A stretch of DNA of 25,544 nt from a bacterium (GCA_036339875.1 JAYZAC010000193.1:1-25544); one strand, 5' to 3'; positions 1-9,324 are shown, numbered from the stretch's first letter. Numbers and translations are program-made. The notes: generated by a model not told the origin, from the letters alone.

Positions 1-852
1 AAAAAGGGAGGGTGGTATTTTACGATGACCTATTTTACGACTTTCGGATTCGACAAGAACTCCTACTGATGCTGTGGGAATTTTATTCAGATACAGTTGA
101 TTGAATATACGATCTTCAAAGAGTTTTTGAGATGGGATTTCGTATTGTTTTTTCAGCTCATAGGGGATACTGCCAAATGAGCTTGCACAATGACGGGCAT
201 TATATTCGAGATCAAGTACTCTAAAACTGGATGATATTCTTTGAAGTAACTCTGTTTTACCGACCCCGGTCATGCCTTTGACTATAATCAATTTTGGATG
301 TTTTGTTTGATACAATTTGTTGTAAACCCATCTTCGGTAGGCCTTGTAGCCACCTTGTAATCTTGTAATATTTAAAATCCCTAATTTGCGAAGAGCTTCA
401 AAGACGAACGCTGAGCGACCTCCACCTCTCCAGCAATAAATTATAATTGATTTTTTAGATTGGGCGATATTCTGGAGTTTTTCTAGTTTCGGAGTAGCAA
501 AATCTAGGGCCTTCTGAGTTGCAATTTGTTTACCGCGCCTTTTGTATAAAATCCCGACCTCTCTGCGTTGATAATTGTCGAGTATTTCGAAATTAATTGC
601 GTTAGGGATATGACTTTCCACAAATTCTGCTGAAGAGCGCACATCCAATACAAAATCATAGGTTTTTGCTTGCGAAAAATATTCATCAATGGAGATCATA
701 TTTTCGGGAGGACCTTTCGGTGCAATTTCTTCAAATTTCGGTCCACTAATTTCAGAGTATAATTGATCAGCTTCGCGTAATATTTCTTCTTCTGATCTGG
801 CATTCGAAAGAATGACTCCATCTCTACGAGTATCGTCTAATGAAAATATCAT
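1..852 (-). CDS. mnmH: tRNA 2-selenouridine synthase (rhodanese + P-loop), 3' end truncated by window edge
   Basis: Not in the ORF track. Manual translation from ATG at 852 (ATGA overlap with the selD stop) is open to position 1: ...VLDVRSSAEFVESHIPNAIN...YCWRGGGRS...GGYKAYRR...GMTGVGKT...LDLEYNARHCASSFG...ESESRKIG. These are MnmH/SelU motifs, directly downstream of selD. Alternative start at 699. Confidence 0.93.
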   Translation of the reverse strand, partial: MIFSLDDTRRDGVILSNARSEEEILREADQLYSEISGPKFEEIAPKGPPENMISIDEYFSQAKTYDFVLDVRSSAEFVESHIPNAINFEILDNYQRREVGILYKRRGKQIATQKALDFATPKLEKLQNIAQSKKSIIIYCWRGGGRSAFVFEALRKLGILNITRLQGGYKAYRRWVYNKLYQTKHPKLIIVKGMTGVGKTELLQRISSSFRVLDLEYNARHCASSFGSIPYELKKQYEIPSQKLFEDRIFNQLYLNKIPTASVGVLVESESRKIGHRKIPPSLF

Positions 853-1892
853 TTGTTCAGAAATACCATTGGAGGTTGGTTATTTTCTAGTGGTCTACAT
901 TCTCCTATCATGCTTGATTGAGGATAGAATTTTTGTAGATTTAATAGAAGTTTCTGAGCATCGGATGGTTTAACTGTTATAAGCAGACCACCGGAGGTTT
1001 GTGGATCATAGCAGATTTGCTGGATAGTGTTGCTGACTCTACCTATTTCTGTAAAACCATCCGTATATTTGCGATTGGATACATCGCCACGGGTTATGTG
1101 ACCTTGCTCTGCGGCCTCTAATGCTCCCGCTAGAATTGGTAACTGAGATGCGTAAAATTTAAGTTTTATTTTACTCGCTTTCGCTAATTCCATACCGTGC
1201 CCCATTAAACTAAAACCTGTGACATCAGTTACACCACCTACATCATAGTCTTTGAGAAGTGCTCCGGCATCATCATTTAATCGAACCATACTCTTCGTTA
1301 ATCGAGAATAATTATCCTCAGAGAGTTCGCCTCGTTTTATTGCAGTGTTCAAGATGCCAGTTCCCAAAGCCTTTGTCAGAATTACGAGATCTCCTGGTCT
1401 GGCACCACTGTTGTATCGTATCTGCTTAATTAAAGCTTTTCCAGTAACTGCAATTCCATATTTTAATTCGGGCGCACTAACTGAATGTCCCCCTATAATT
1501 GGACAGTTAGCTTCGCCAGCTTTAGAGGCACCTCCTCGCAAAATTTCATGGAGAACTTCAACTCCAAGATCTTCTGGATAGCAAACTAAGTTGAGGGCAC
1601 TGAGAGGGCTTGCGCCCATAGCGTATATATCACTCAAGGCGTTAGTTACGGCTATTTGACCAAATAAGTATGGATCATCCACAACAGGAGTGAAAAAGTC
1701 TGTTGTTTGAACTAGTGCTTCAGTATTATTTAGTGCAAAAACTCCACTGTCTTCATTGCCGCTCATATCCTGAATGACCTTGTCACTAGACGGCCAGTCG
1801 ATTCCTTTAACAGCAGCGGATAGAAAAGCTGGAGGTAATTTAGCTGCGCAGCCAGCACATTTAACTACCTGGGTTAATTTTATATCTTTCAT
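849..1892 (-). CDS. selD: Selenide, water dikinase (selenophosphate synthetase), Cys-type
   Basis: GCAAK N-terminal motif (Cys codon TGC, not TGA), EDSGV, TTDFFTPVVDDP, NALSDIYAMG, GGHS, TDVTGF, DPQTSGGLL. Confidence 0.97.
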   Translation of the reverse strand: MKDIKLTQVVKCAGCAAKLPPAFLSAAVKGIDWPSSDKVIQDMSGNEDSGVFALNNTEALVQTTDFFTPVVDDPYLFGQIAVTNALSDIYAMGASPLSALNLVCYPEDLGVEVLHEILRGGASKAGEANCPIIGGHSVSAPELKYGIAVTGKALIKQIRYNSGARPGDLVILTKALGTGILNTAIKRGELSEDNYSRLTKSMVRLNDDAGALLKDYDVGGVTDVTGFSLMGHGMELAKASKIKLKFYASQLPILAGALEAAEQGHITRGDVSNRKYTDGFTEIGRVSNTIQQICYDPQTSGGLLITVKPSDAQKLLLNLQKFYPQSSMIGECRPLENNQPPMVFLNK

Positions 1893-1901
1893 AAGTCTGC
1901 G

Positions 1902-1930
1902 ATTTTAGCCTTTCCGGATAGGCTCATCAA
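1902..1930 (-). promoter_or_regulatory. Putative sigma70 promoter for selD-mnmH
   Basis: Minus strand TTGATG (1930-1925), 17 nt spacer, TAAAAT (1907-1902), ending 9 nt before the selD ATG. No Shine-Dalgarno visible. Confidence 0.6.
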
Positions 1931-1975
1931 GAATTCTTAATGAGTAATCTGGTGCTTTGTTATTTAATATGCGCT

Positions 1976-2524
1976 ATGAGTGATGCGGATAAAATTAAAT
2001 GGGACCTCAAATTTTCAAAAAAAGACTTAACCTTGGGAGTTGGCGATTCTGCTTTGAATGATTTCTTGAGTCTAAAACCTATTAAACCAGTTCTGGATTT
2101 TGCCTGCGGTGATGGTCGAAATAGCTTAGAGATGGCTCGAAAGGGAATTGATGTATTGGCTTGGGACTGTTCGCGGATTGGATTGCAAAGGCTCGAATAT
2201 TTTTTTTCGTTAGAGCAATTGGAAGTAAGGTCTTTAATGCTTGATTTTGACGATTTGCCTGATTTGGAGCCTGAAAAGTTTGGTTCAGTTTGGATCAGTC
2301 ATTTTTTACCTTCGGAGATACAACTCAGATGGCTGTTCGATAAATTACCACAAGATGGTTTACTAGCTTTACTAACCTTCAATCAACTTCAAATTAACTT
2401 CAACCCTCGTTTTTGCCTTGAAAAAGACCAATTCGTCGAGACTTTTGATTTTCATCACTTAATAAAATACGAGAGTAGAATAGACAAAAATTCGCATCAT
2501 GACTTTTACATCTGGAAGAAATAG
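1976..2524 (+). CDS. Class I SAM-dependent methyltransferase, TehB-like
   Basis: VLDFACGDGRNS (motif I), VLAWDCS (motif II). N-terminus MSDADKIKWD looks like the true start, so ATG 1976 is preferred over the track's 1940. Confidence 0.8.
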   Translation: MSDADKIKWDLKFSKKDLTLGVGDSALNDFLSLKPIKPVLDFACGDGRNSLEMARKGIDVLAWDCSRIGLQRLEYFFSLEQLEVRSLMLDFDDLPDLEPEKFGSVWISHFLPSEIQLRWLFDKLPQDGLLALLTFNQLQINFNPRFCLEKDQFVETFDFHHLIKYESRIDKNSHHDFYIWKK

Positions 2525-2529
2525 TCTTG

Positions 2530-2538
2530 TGATATACT
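2530..2538 (+). promoter_or_regulatory. Putative extended -10 promoter upstream of the serine operon
   Basis: TG-A-TATACT at 2530-2538; RBS-like AAGGGG before ATG 2569. Confidence 0.45.
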
Positions 2539-2568
2539 CCGACTCCTAAATTTTAAGGGGTTTAGGCC

Positions 2569-4362
2569 ATGTTTAGCACCATTTGTTTTGATTTTGATTC
2601 CACGATAACCTCAATCGAAGGTATTGATGTTTTAGCTGACTTTTTACAAGTTGATGGAATAGAACACATAACGAATCTAGCAATGAATGGCCAGATTTCT
2701 ACTCGTGAGGCTTTTGAAAAACGAATAGAAGCGATTTCGCCCACACGTACCCAACTAAGTTATTTGTCTCATATTTACAAATCGAATCTTATGCCCGGAG
2801 CAATAGATTTGTTCAAAGTATTAAAATTTCTAGATAAAAAATTGATTATTGTGAGTGGTGGATTTCAGGAGGCGGTTGAGCCTGTAGGTATTGACTTGGG
2901 TGCAGATGAGACATGCGCACTTCAATTAGAATTTGATGAATCTGGCTCAGGAAAACTTACAGATTCTCCATTAAGTGAGCGAGATGGAAAGCCAAAATTG
3001 CTTCAATACCCGGGAAGACTTTCTGGGACCAGTATGTTTATTGGAGATGGAGTTACCGATTACGAAACTCGTCATGTTGTAGATAAAATGGTGCCTTATT
3101 TTGGCGTAGTCAATAGACCTTTTGTAACTGAAAGTGGCTTGGAAGCTTATGGTGGTAAGAATCTTTTGGGTCTTTTAGGTTTGATTTTATCTAATGAAGA
3201 GTGGGATACAGTTTCTTTAGAGTTTCCAAAAATAGCTCGCGAGGCGGCAGATTCCGCATTGGATTCTAAAAACTGGATAAATTCATCGCGAAATTTAACC
3301 TTCATGCGAAATAGGGCATCTCGAGTATTTCTTATTCCTGGGCCTACCGAAATACCAGATTATATTCAGGAAAATAGAGCACCCATAATGGCTCATCGCT
3401 CCACCGAGTTTGAGCAGTTGTATGCTAGAACCCAATCCAAACTTAAAGAATTTTTAGGATGGGATCGTCCTTTTTTAACAGCCAATGCTTCCGCTACGGC
3501 GATGATGGAAGCTTTACTTGGAAGTTTTGAGCAGAATACCAAAGTGCTTTCTTGCGTCAGTGGTTCTTTTGGAGAGCGTTTTTATCAAGTTGCTGAACTA
3601 CTAAATCACAGAGTGACTCGTATTACGACGACTGAGGGTCAAGGATTCAACCCAGATTTGGTTCTAGATTCATTAGATGGTCATGACGTTGTTCTAATAA
3701 CTCACAATGAAACAAGTAATGGTATTTTAAACCCAGTAGAAGATATTGTTGAGGCTATTAAAGCGAGCTCGGAAAATCCAATGATCTTCGTTGACGGGGT
3801 TAGTAGCGTAGGAGGAATCCCGTTAAGGTGTGAAGGGATTGATGCAATACTGTTTGGTACGCAGAAATGCTTGGCTTTACCGCCGGGTTTAGCCTTTTGC
3901 GCAGTTTCGCAGAGGTTACAGGATTTATTACAAAACTGCCGCCCTCGTAGTTTTTATTTAGATTTAAAGAAGACATTGAATCAACATCGGAACTCCAATG
4001 TTCCGTATACACCAGCGGTAGACTTGTTTCAATCACTAGAATTACAGTTGAACTCATTTTTACATAAAGAAAAGGACCATTTTGATCTCTACAGATATAG
4101 GGCAGAGATGGTATGGGACTTTTGCGCCAATCAGAGTCTTGATATTTTTGCTAAAGAGAGCTACCGATCATTAACTGTGAGTTCCATTCGTTTCCCTAAT
4201 CAAAATAGTGAATTACGACAGAGGTGTGCTCGTCAGTCAGTTCTTTTGGCGAGTGGCTATGGACCTTATAAATCTTCACACTTCCGTATTGGGCATATGG
4301 GTGAAATAAGCTTACAGCAGATGCAGAATGCTCTAACAATTATCGAGGAGAACCTCAAATGA
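2569..4362 (+). CDS. Fusion: HAD-IB phosphoserine phosphatase (SerB-like) + class V PLP aminotransferase (probable phosphoserine aminotransferase role)
   Basis: N-half: CFDFDSTIT, VSGGF, IGDGVTD (HAD motifs). C-half from about aa 253: LIPGPTEIP, THNETSNG, VDGVSS, GTQKCLALPPGL (PLP Lys), PYTP, FRIGHMG. Immediately upstream of serA. Confidence 0.88.
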   Translation: MFSTICFDFDSTITSIEGIDVLADFLQVDGIEHITNLAMNGQISTREAFEKRIEAISPTRTQLSYLSHIYKSNLMPGAIDLFKVLKFLDKKLIIVSGGFQEAVEPVGIDLGADETCALQLEFDESGSGKLTDSPLSERDGKPKLLQYPGRLSGTSMFIGDGVTDYETRHVVDKMVPYFGVVNRPFVTESGLEAYGGKNLLGLLGLILSNEEWDTVSLEFPKIAREAADSALDSKNWINSSRNLTFMRNRASRVFLIPGPTEIPDYIQENRAPIMAHRSTEFEQLYARTQSKLKEFLGWDRPFLTANASATAMMEALLGSFEQNTKVLSCVSGSFGERFYQVAELLNHRVTRITTTEGQGFNPDLVLDSLDGHDVVLITHNETSNGILNPVEDIVEAIKASSENPMIFVDGVSSVGGIPLRCEGIDAILFGTQKCLALPPGLAFCAVSQRLQDLLQNCRPRSFYLDLKKTLNQHRNSNVPYTPAVDLFQSLELQLNSFLHKEKDHFDLYRYRAEMVWDFCANQSLDIFAKESYRSLTVSSIRFPNQNSELRQRCARQSVLLASGYGPYKSSHFRIGHMGEISLQQMQNALTIIEENLK

Positions 4363-5954
4363 AAAAAGTACTAGTTACCGGAGAACTACATCCAATCGCG
4401 CTTGAGTTGATGAAAAAAGAAGGTTTAGATCTTGACGTTCGGCCACTTCTGCCACATGAACAAATATTGGACATTATTAATCAATATCATGGTTTGGTGA
4501 CTAGGAGTCAGACTCCCGTCGATAAAGCATTGATTGATGCGGGAACTAAATTAGAGGTGATTGGTAGAGCTGCGATAGGTATCGATAACATAGATGTTGA
4601 TCATGCCACCAAGCAGGGACTTCTAGTGGTTAATGTTCCCTCTGATAATGTTGTCTCTGCTGCTGAACATACTTACGCGTTGATGCTAGCAACAATGCGT
4701 AACTTAACCAGGGCAGGGGAATCCCTTAAGAATGATCAATGGGAACGTAAGCCTTTTCAGGGTTGGGAACTACAAAATAAAACTCTCGGCATCGTAGGTT
4801 TGGGTAAAGTGGGTGGACATGTGGCTCAAATTGCTGGGGGCTTTGGTATGAAGGTATTGGCCTATGATCCTTACATCTCTAAAGAAAGGTTTGAAAAACT
4901 TAGGGTGGGCAAGATAGATGGACTCAAAGATCTCTTGCAGAGCTCAGATATTGTTACTATTCACACGCCTAGAACTACCGAGACTCTTGGGATGCTCGAT
5001 TACTTAACTCTGAAAGAGATGAGATCTGGAGCTGTTCTTATTAACTGTGCTAGGGGTGGAATAGCAGATGAAGATGCGATTTTGAGGTTATTGGATGAAA
5101 AGCATATTCTTAGAGCTGGAATCGATGTATTTGATAAGGAACCAGTCATTGATCACCCTCTACATAAGCATCCCAATTGTGTCTGTACGCCCCATTTAGG
5201 CGCTTCTACGGTTGAAGCTCAGGAACGGGTTGGTAAAACTATCGCACTTCAAATTGCCAAGGCATTAACTGGTAGGGTGGTTGATCATCCAGTAAACATG
5301 CCGCTTGTAGAAGATGAATTGTTTAAGTTCTCACGAGGTTATTGTAGCACCATTGAGAAGATCGGGCGTTTAAGCCGACAATTGATCACCTTCAACCCCT
5401 CGTTTCTTCGAATGCATGTTTGTGGTAAAGATTTGGCTGAAGCAATGGATTTACTGAAAGCAGCATTCTTTAAGGGTTATTTTCAAGATACAAGCGAGCA
5501 AACTGTAAATTACATTAATTCTTTAAAGATAGCAGAGCAGAGAGGTTTGAGTCTTGAGGCAATAAAAGATCCTTTGCATGATTCATATTCTCATCTTATT
5601 CGAGTTGAAATCTATGGAGATGGAGAACCTGTAACTGTTTCAGGAACAATGTTTGGCGACAAATCTAGGATTGTAGAACTAAATTCGTACCCAATGGATA
5701 TAGGTCCTGAGGGAATTATGTTATTGATACGAAATCAGGATCGTCCTGGAGTTATTGCTGGAGTCGCGGGATTGTTAGGTGCAGCGGATGTAAATATTGC
5801 TCGATGGGAATTAGGTCGCAAAGAAGAGGGTGGCCAAGCTTTAGGTCTGGTAAAACTAGACCAGAAGGTGCCCAATGAAGTTTTAAGTAAAATATCTGAT
5901 CTAGAACATATTGTGCAGGTTCGTCAAATTGATCTTGGTGAGCTATCCACATGA
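4359..5954 (+). CDS. serA: D-3-phosphoglycerate dehydrogenase (long type, with C-terminal ACT domain)
   Basis: GIVGLGKVG, INCARGGI, DVFDKEP, TPHLGAST, ACT motif NQDRPGVIAGV; ATGA overlap with the upstream gene. Confidence 0.95.
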   Translation: MKKVLVTGELHPIALELMKKEGLDLDVRPLLPHEQILDIINQYHGLVTRSQTPVDKALIDAGTKLEVIGRAAIGIDNIDVDHATKQGLLVVNVPSDNVVSAAEHTYALMLATMRNLTRAGESLKNDQWERKPFQGWELQNKTLGIVGLGKVGGHVAQIAGGFGMKVLAYDPYISKERFEKLRVGKIDGLKDLLQSSDIVTIHTPRTTETLGMLDYLTLKEMRSGAVLINCARGGIADEDAILRLLDEKHILRAGIDVFDKEPVIDHPLHKHPNCVCTPHLGASTVEAQERVGKTIALQIAKALTGRVVDHPVNMPLVEDELFKFSRGYCSTIEKIGRLSRQLITFNPSFLRMHVCGKDLAEAMDLLKAAFFKGYFQDTSEQTVNYINSLKIAEQRGLSLEAIKDPLHDSYSHLIRVEIYGDGEPVTVSGTMFGDKSRIVELNSYPMDIGPEGIMLLIRNQDRPGVIAGVAGLLGAADVNIARWELGRKEEGGQALGLVKLDQKVPNEVLSKISDLEHIVQVRQIDLGELST

Positions 5955-8900
5955 GTAAACTTCTGTTTGAGTCAATAGCCTCAAAATCAGAATTTTATAA
6001 GCCAAAAGGCTTTAGCGGATCCAGTTATGTTTTCTATTTAAGACAAAGGTTTCTCAATTCTCCAGAAAATACCTTAATCGTTTTTGATCATGAGGACCAA
6101 GCGCGCGCCTTGGTCTCTGATTTACGCGAAGTTATGGATAACGATCGTATTTGCTTCTTTCCTCAATATGATCGTTTGGAAGCTGAATTACTTCCGCCCA
6201 GCCCAATTACTGTGTTTGAGCGAATCGTATGTCTAAAGCGACTTGTAGAGAGTCGAAAGGCTGTAATTTTAGTATGTAGTAAAGAGGCTTTAGAGCAAAA
6301 AACGATACCCCGAGATAGGTTTCGTGATTTAAGTGTAGGCTTAGAAAAAGGCCAAGAATATACCCTTGAGAAGCTACAAAGAAGATTAGTTCAGTTGGGT
6401 TATCGACGAGAAGAAATGGTTGCTTCGCGAGGTGAATTTGCTGTTCGAGGCGATATTCTAGATATTTTTCCTTCAACAGAAGAGGTTCCGATACGTTGCG
6501 AGTTTTTTGGAGATGAACTGGAATCAATTCGTAGTTTTGATCTTTATACTCAGCGTTCAATTCAAGACTTAAAAGCACTGAAAATATATTTGGTTCAAGA
6601 ATTTGATGTTCTCAATTATAAATTAGTTGGTGATTTACCTGAGGAGATTAAAACATTTTTCGAGAGTCGCGATGAATCCCTTGAGATTGATCGACTATGG
6701 AATACAGGTTTTTCAGGACTTGAATGGCTAAATCCTTATGTGCAATCTTCCGCGAGTTTGGAATCTTATGCAATGCATTGGGCTAAGCCGACGAGGATAT
6801 TCAAAGATTTCACTGTTGACGGTGTGAGTTACTTTGGAAAGAACCTTGAGTTGTTTATCGAGACAATGAGGCGCATGGTGGAAGATGATATTGAAGTTCA
6901 CTTGTGCTTACCAAAAGCAGGTTTTGCGAAACGCATTCAGCAGATACTGAAACAAAAGAACGTACCTCTTCTTAAGGGTAGTACCTTAGCAAATTGTAAG
7001 GGTAAGCCAGGTGTTATGTTGAGTAATACTGCGGTTCAAAAAGGTTTTGAGATACAAAATTCAAAGTTTTGTTTGCTAACTTACTCTGATTTTACAGGAG
7101 TGCCATTTCAAGATACTAGTAGGAAGAAGCGGGGTCATAATACTGCCAGAATAGGTGCCGAGGGTGACGTACTGCATCATTTTTCAGAGCTTAAGCAGGA
7201 TGATTATGTAGTTCATACAGATTATGGTGTTGCTCGTTTTGCCGGGATTGAAAATATTCTAATTGACGGTATTAAAAAGGAATTTCTGGTACTTCATTTT
7301 GATGGGTCTGACAAAGTTTTTGTGCCAATAACTGAAGTGGATCGTATTCATCGTTTTTCACCTCAGGAGGGTAAAACACCGAAGTTAAATCGTCTGAACT
7401 CTGTACGTTGGGGTCAGGTGAAGCACAAGGCTAAGGAGGATGTTCAAAAATTTGCCCGTGAGCTACTACAGCAATATGCTCGTCGTGAAATTAGTACTGG
7501 ATTTAAGTACTCTTCGGATGGCGAGAAAATGGAGGAAATGGAAGGTAGTTTTGAGCATCAAGAGACTCGAGACCAATTAGGAGCAATTGGAGACATCAAA
7601 AGGGATATGCAATCTCAGATAGCTATGGATCGCCTGCTTTGCGGAGATGTAGGATTTGGTAAAACGGAAGTTGCTATTAGAGCTTCTTTTAAGGCTGTGC
7701 AAGATCAAAAACAAGTAGCTGTTCTATGTCCAACTACCATATTGGCTCAGCAGCATTTCCAAACTTTTCAATCACGGCTATTGGGATATCCAGTAAAAAT
7801 TGAAGTCCTGAATCGTTTTGTAACTGCTAAAAAGGTAAAAGAAATTAAAGAAAAACTAAAGAGTGGTAAGCTCGATATCGTAATTGGTACGCATCGATTA
7901 TTCAGTAAGGATATTCAGTTTCAGGACTTAGGATTATTGGTTGTCGATGAGGAGCAACGCTTTGGCGTTTCACATAAAGAAAAATTACGTAGATTGAAGG
8001 TTGGAGTTGACACTCTAACTCTTTCCGCGACACCAATACCAAGAACTCTACAGATGTCTCTTGGTGGTGCCAGAGCTATTTCGGTGATACATACACCGCC
8101 TCCCGGAAGACTTCCCATAAAAACATTTGTTTTACCTTATCAAGAAACCACAGTCAGACAGGCGATTGAGAGAGAACTTAGGCGTAATGGGCAGGTTTTT
8201 TATGTATATAATCGTGTAGTTGATATCGAGGCAGTTGGAGCAAAATTAGAGCGAATTATTCCGGGTTTAAAGATTCGTATCTTACACGGACAAATGGATT
8301 CCAAGCAGATAGAAGAGATTATGGGTTCATTCTTACGACGCGAATTCGATGTACTGTTGGCAACCACAATTATTGAATCAGGTATGGATATTCCTAACGT
8401 AAATACAATCCTAGTGGAACGTGCAGATGCCTTTGGACTCGCTCAACTTTATCAGTTGAGAGGACGTATTGGTCGTCGAGACCTACAGGGGTATGCATAT
8501 CTTTTCCATAGAGATAACAGTTCAGTAACTGACACTGCTCGAAAGCGATTAGCTGCATTAGAGGAATTTACGGACTTAGGTAGTGGATTTAAAATTGCCA
8601 TGCGCGATTTAGAAATTAGGGGAGCTGGAAATATTCTCGGTAAGCAACAAAGTGGTTTCATGTATAGCATCGGCTTTGATTTGTATGCACGTCTACTTCG
8701 CGATGCTATTGAGAAGTTACGCAATGAAAACTATCGCGAGGAATGGGAAATGCCACAAATGGAGCTACGGGTGAGCTCATTTTTAGATGAAAAATACATC
8801 CCTTCTTATCGTGATCGTATGGACTTTTTCAGACGTGTTAGCAACATTAAGAATCTCGATCAACTTGAGGATTTGAAGTTAGAATTATTCGATCGTTATG

Positions 8901-9208
8901 GAGGTTTTACCGCCAATATGTATGAATTGTTTCGACTAGTTCAATTGAGAATTCAAGGGTACTGGTGCGGAGTTAAGCGCTTTCAACAAGTTGCTGGAGG
9001 GATTCGTATGGAGTTTCACCATGAGGTTGAATCTGATGTGCTAGAGGGTTTACAGCAGTCGTTCGGATCGAGTTTAAGTCATAATCCAAGATTTAAAGAT
9101 CGTTTAAGTATCGATACGGGTAATTTAGCCGGTGTTAAATTACTCGAGTTTCTTGAAAATTTTTTCAATGATGAAAATATCAGAGACTTATTAGATGCAA
9201 GAAGTTGA
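5951..9208 (+). CDS. mfd: Transcription-repair coupling factor
   Basis: UvrB-homology RGEFAVRGDILDIFP, RID YVVHTDYGVARF, helicase motifs GDVGFGKT, DEEQRFG, SATPIPRT, QLRGRIGR, TRG motif RDLEIRGAGNILG. Confidence 0.98.
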   Translation: MSKLLFESIASKSEFYKPKGFSGSSYVFYLRQRFLNSPENTLIVFDHEDQARALVSDLREVMDNDRICFFPQYDRLEAELLPPSPITVFERIVCLKRLVESRKAVILVCSKEALEQKTIPRDRFRDLSVGLEKGQEYTLEKLQRRLVQLGYRREEMVASRGEFAVRGDILDIFPSTEEVPIRCEFFGDELESIRSFDLYTQRSIQDLKALKIYLVQEFDVLNYKLVGDLPEEIKTFFESRDESLEIDRLWNTGFSGLEWLNPYVQSSASLESYAMHWAKPTRIFKDFTVDGVSYFGKNLELFIETMRRMVEDDIEVHLCLPKAGFAKRIQQILKQKNVPLLKGSTLANCKGKPGVMLSNTAVQKGFEIQNSKFCLLTYSDFTGVPFQDTSRKKRGHNTARIGAEGDVLHHFSELKQDDYVVHTDYGVARFAGIENILIDGIKKEFLVLHFDGSDKVFVPITEVDRIHRFSPQEGKTPKLNRLNSVRWGQVKHKAKEDVQKFARELLQQYARREISTGFKYSSDGEKMEEMEGSFEHQETRDQLGAIGDIKRDMQSQIAMDRLLCGDVGFGKTEVAIRASFKAVQDQKQVAVLCPTTILAQQHFQTFQSRLLGYPVKIEVLNRFVTAKKVKEIKEKLKSGKLDIVIGTHRLFSKDIQFQDLGLLVVDEEQRFGVSHKEKLRRLKVGVDTLTLSATPIPRTLQMSLGGARAISVIHTPPPGRLPIKTFVLPYQETTVRQAIERELRRNGQVFYVYNRVVDIEAVGAKLERIIPGLKIRILHGQMDSKQIEEIMGSFLRREFDVLLATTIIESGMDIPNVNTILVERADAFGLAQLYQLRGRIGRRDLQGYAYLFHRDNSSVTDTARKRLAALEEFTDLGSGFKIAMRDLEIRGAGNILGKQQSGFMYSIGFDLYARLLRDAIEKLRNENYREEWEMPQMELRVSSFLDEKYIPSYRDRMDFFRRVSNIKNLDQLEDLKLELFDRYGGFTANMYELFRLVQLRIQGYWCGVKRFQQVAGGIRMEFHHEVESDVLEGLQQSFGSSLSHNPRFKDRLSIDTGNLAGVKLLEFLENFFNDENIRDLLDARS

Positions 9209-9282
9209 AGATTACGATTTATTGACTGTTAGGTTTGTTTAAAGATTTAGAGAGTTACGATTTCAGTTTATTGTCTTTTTTT

Positions 9283-9291
9283 TGCTAAACT
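9283..9291 (+). promoter_or_regulatory. Putative extended -10 promoter for the DUF47-pit pair
   Basis: TG-C-TAAACT at 9283-9291, with AAGGAAGG RBS before ATG 9325. Confidence 0.4.
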
Positions 9292-9324
9292 GCTTGGCGG
9301 CCCAAAAAAAAGGAAGGATGCTGG

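Noticed and set aside
504..689. 61-aa minus-strand ORF in the track
   Set aside because: Out-of-frame shadow inside mnmH, whose frame carries all the conserved motifs.
2543..2566. Alternative small hairpins around the RBS of the serine operon (CCTAAA/TTTAGG)
   Set aside because: Only 5-6 bp in AT-rich DNA; no leader peptide, T-box or riboswitch features.
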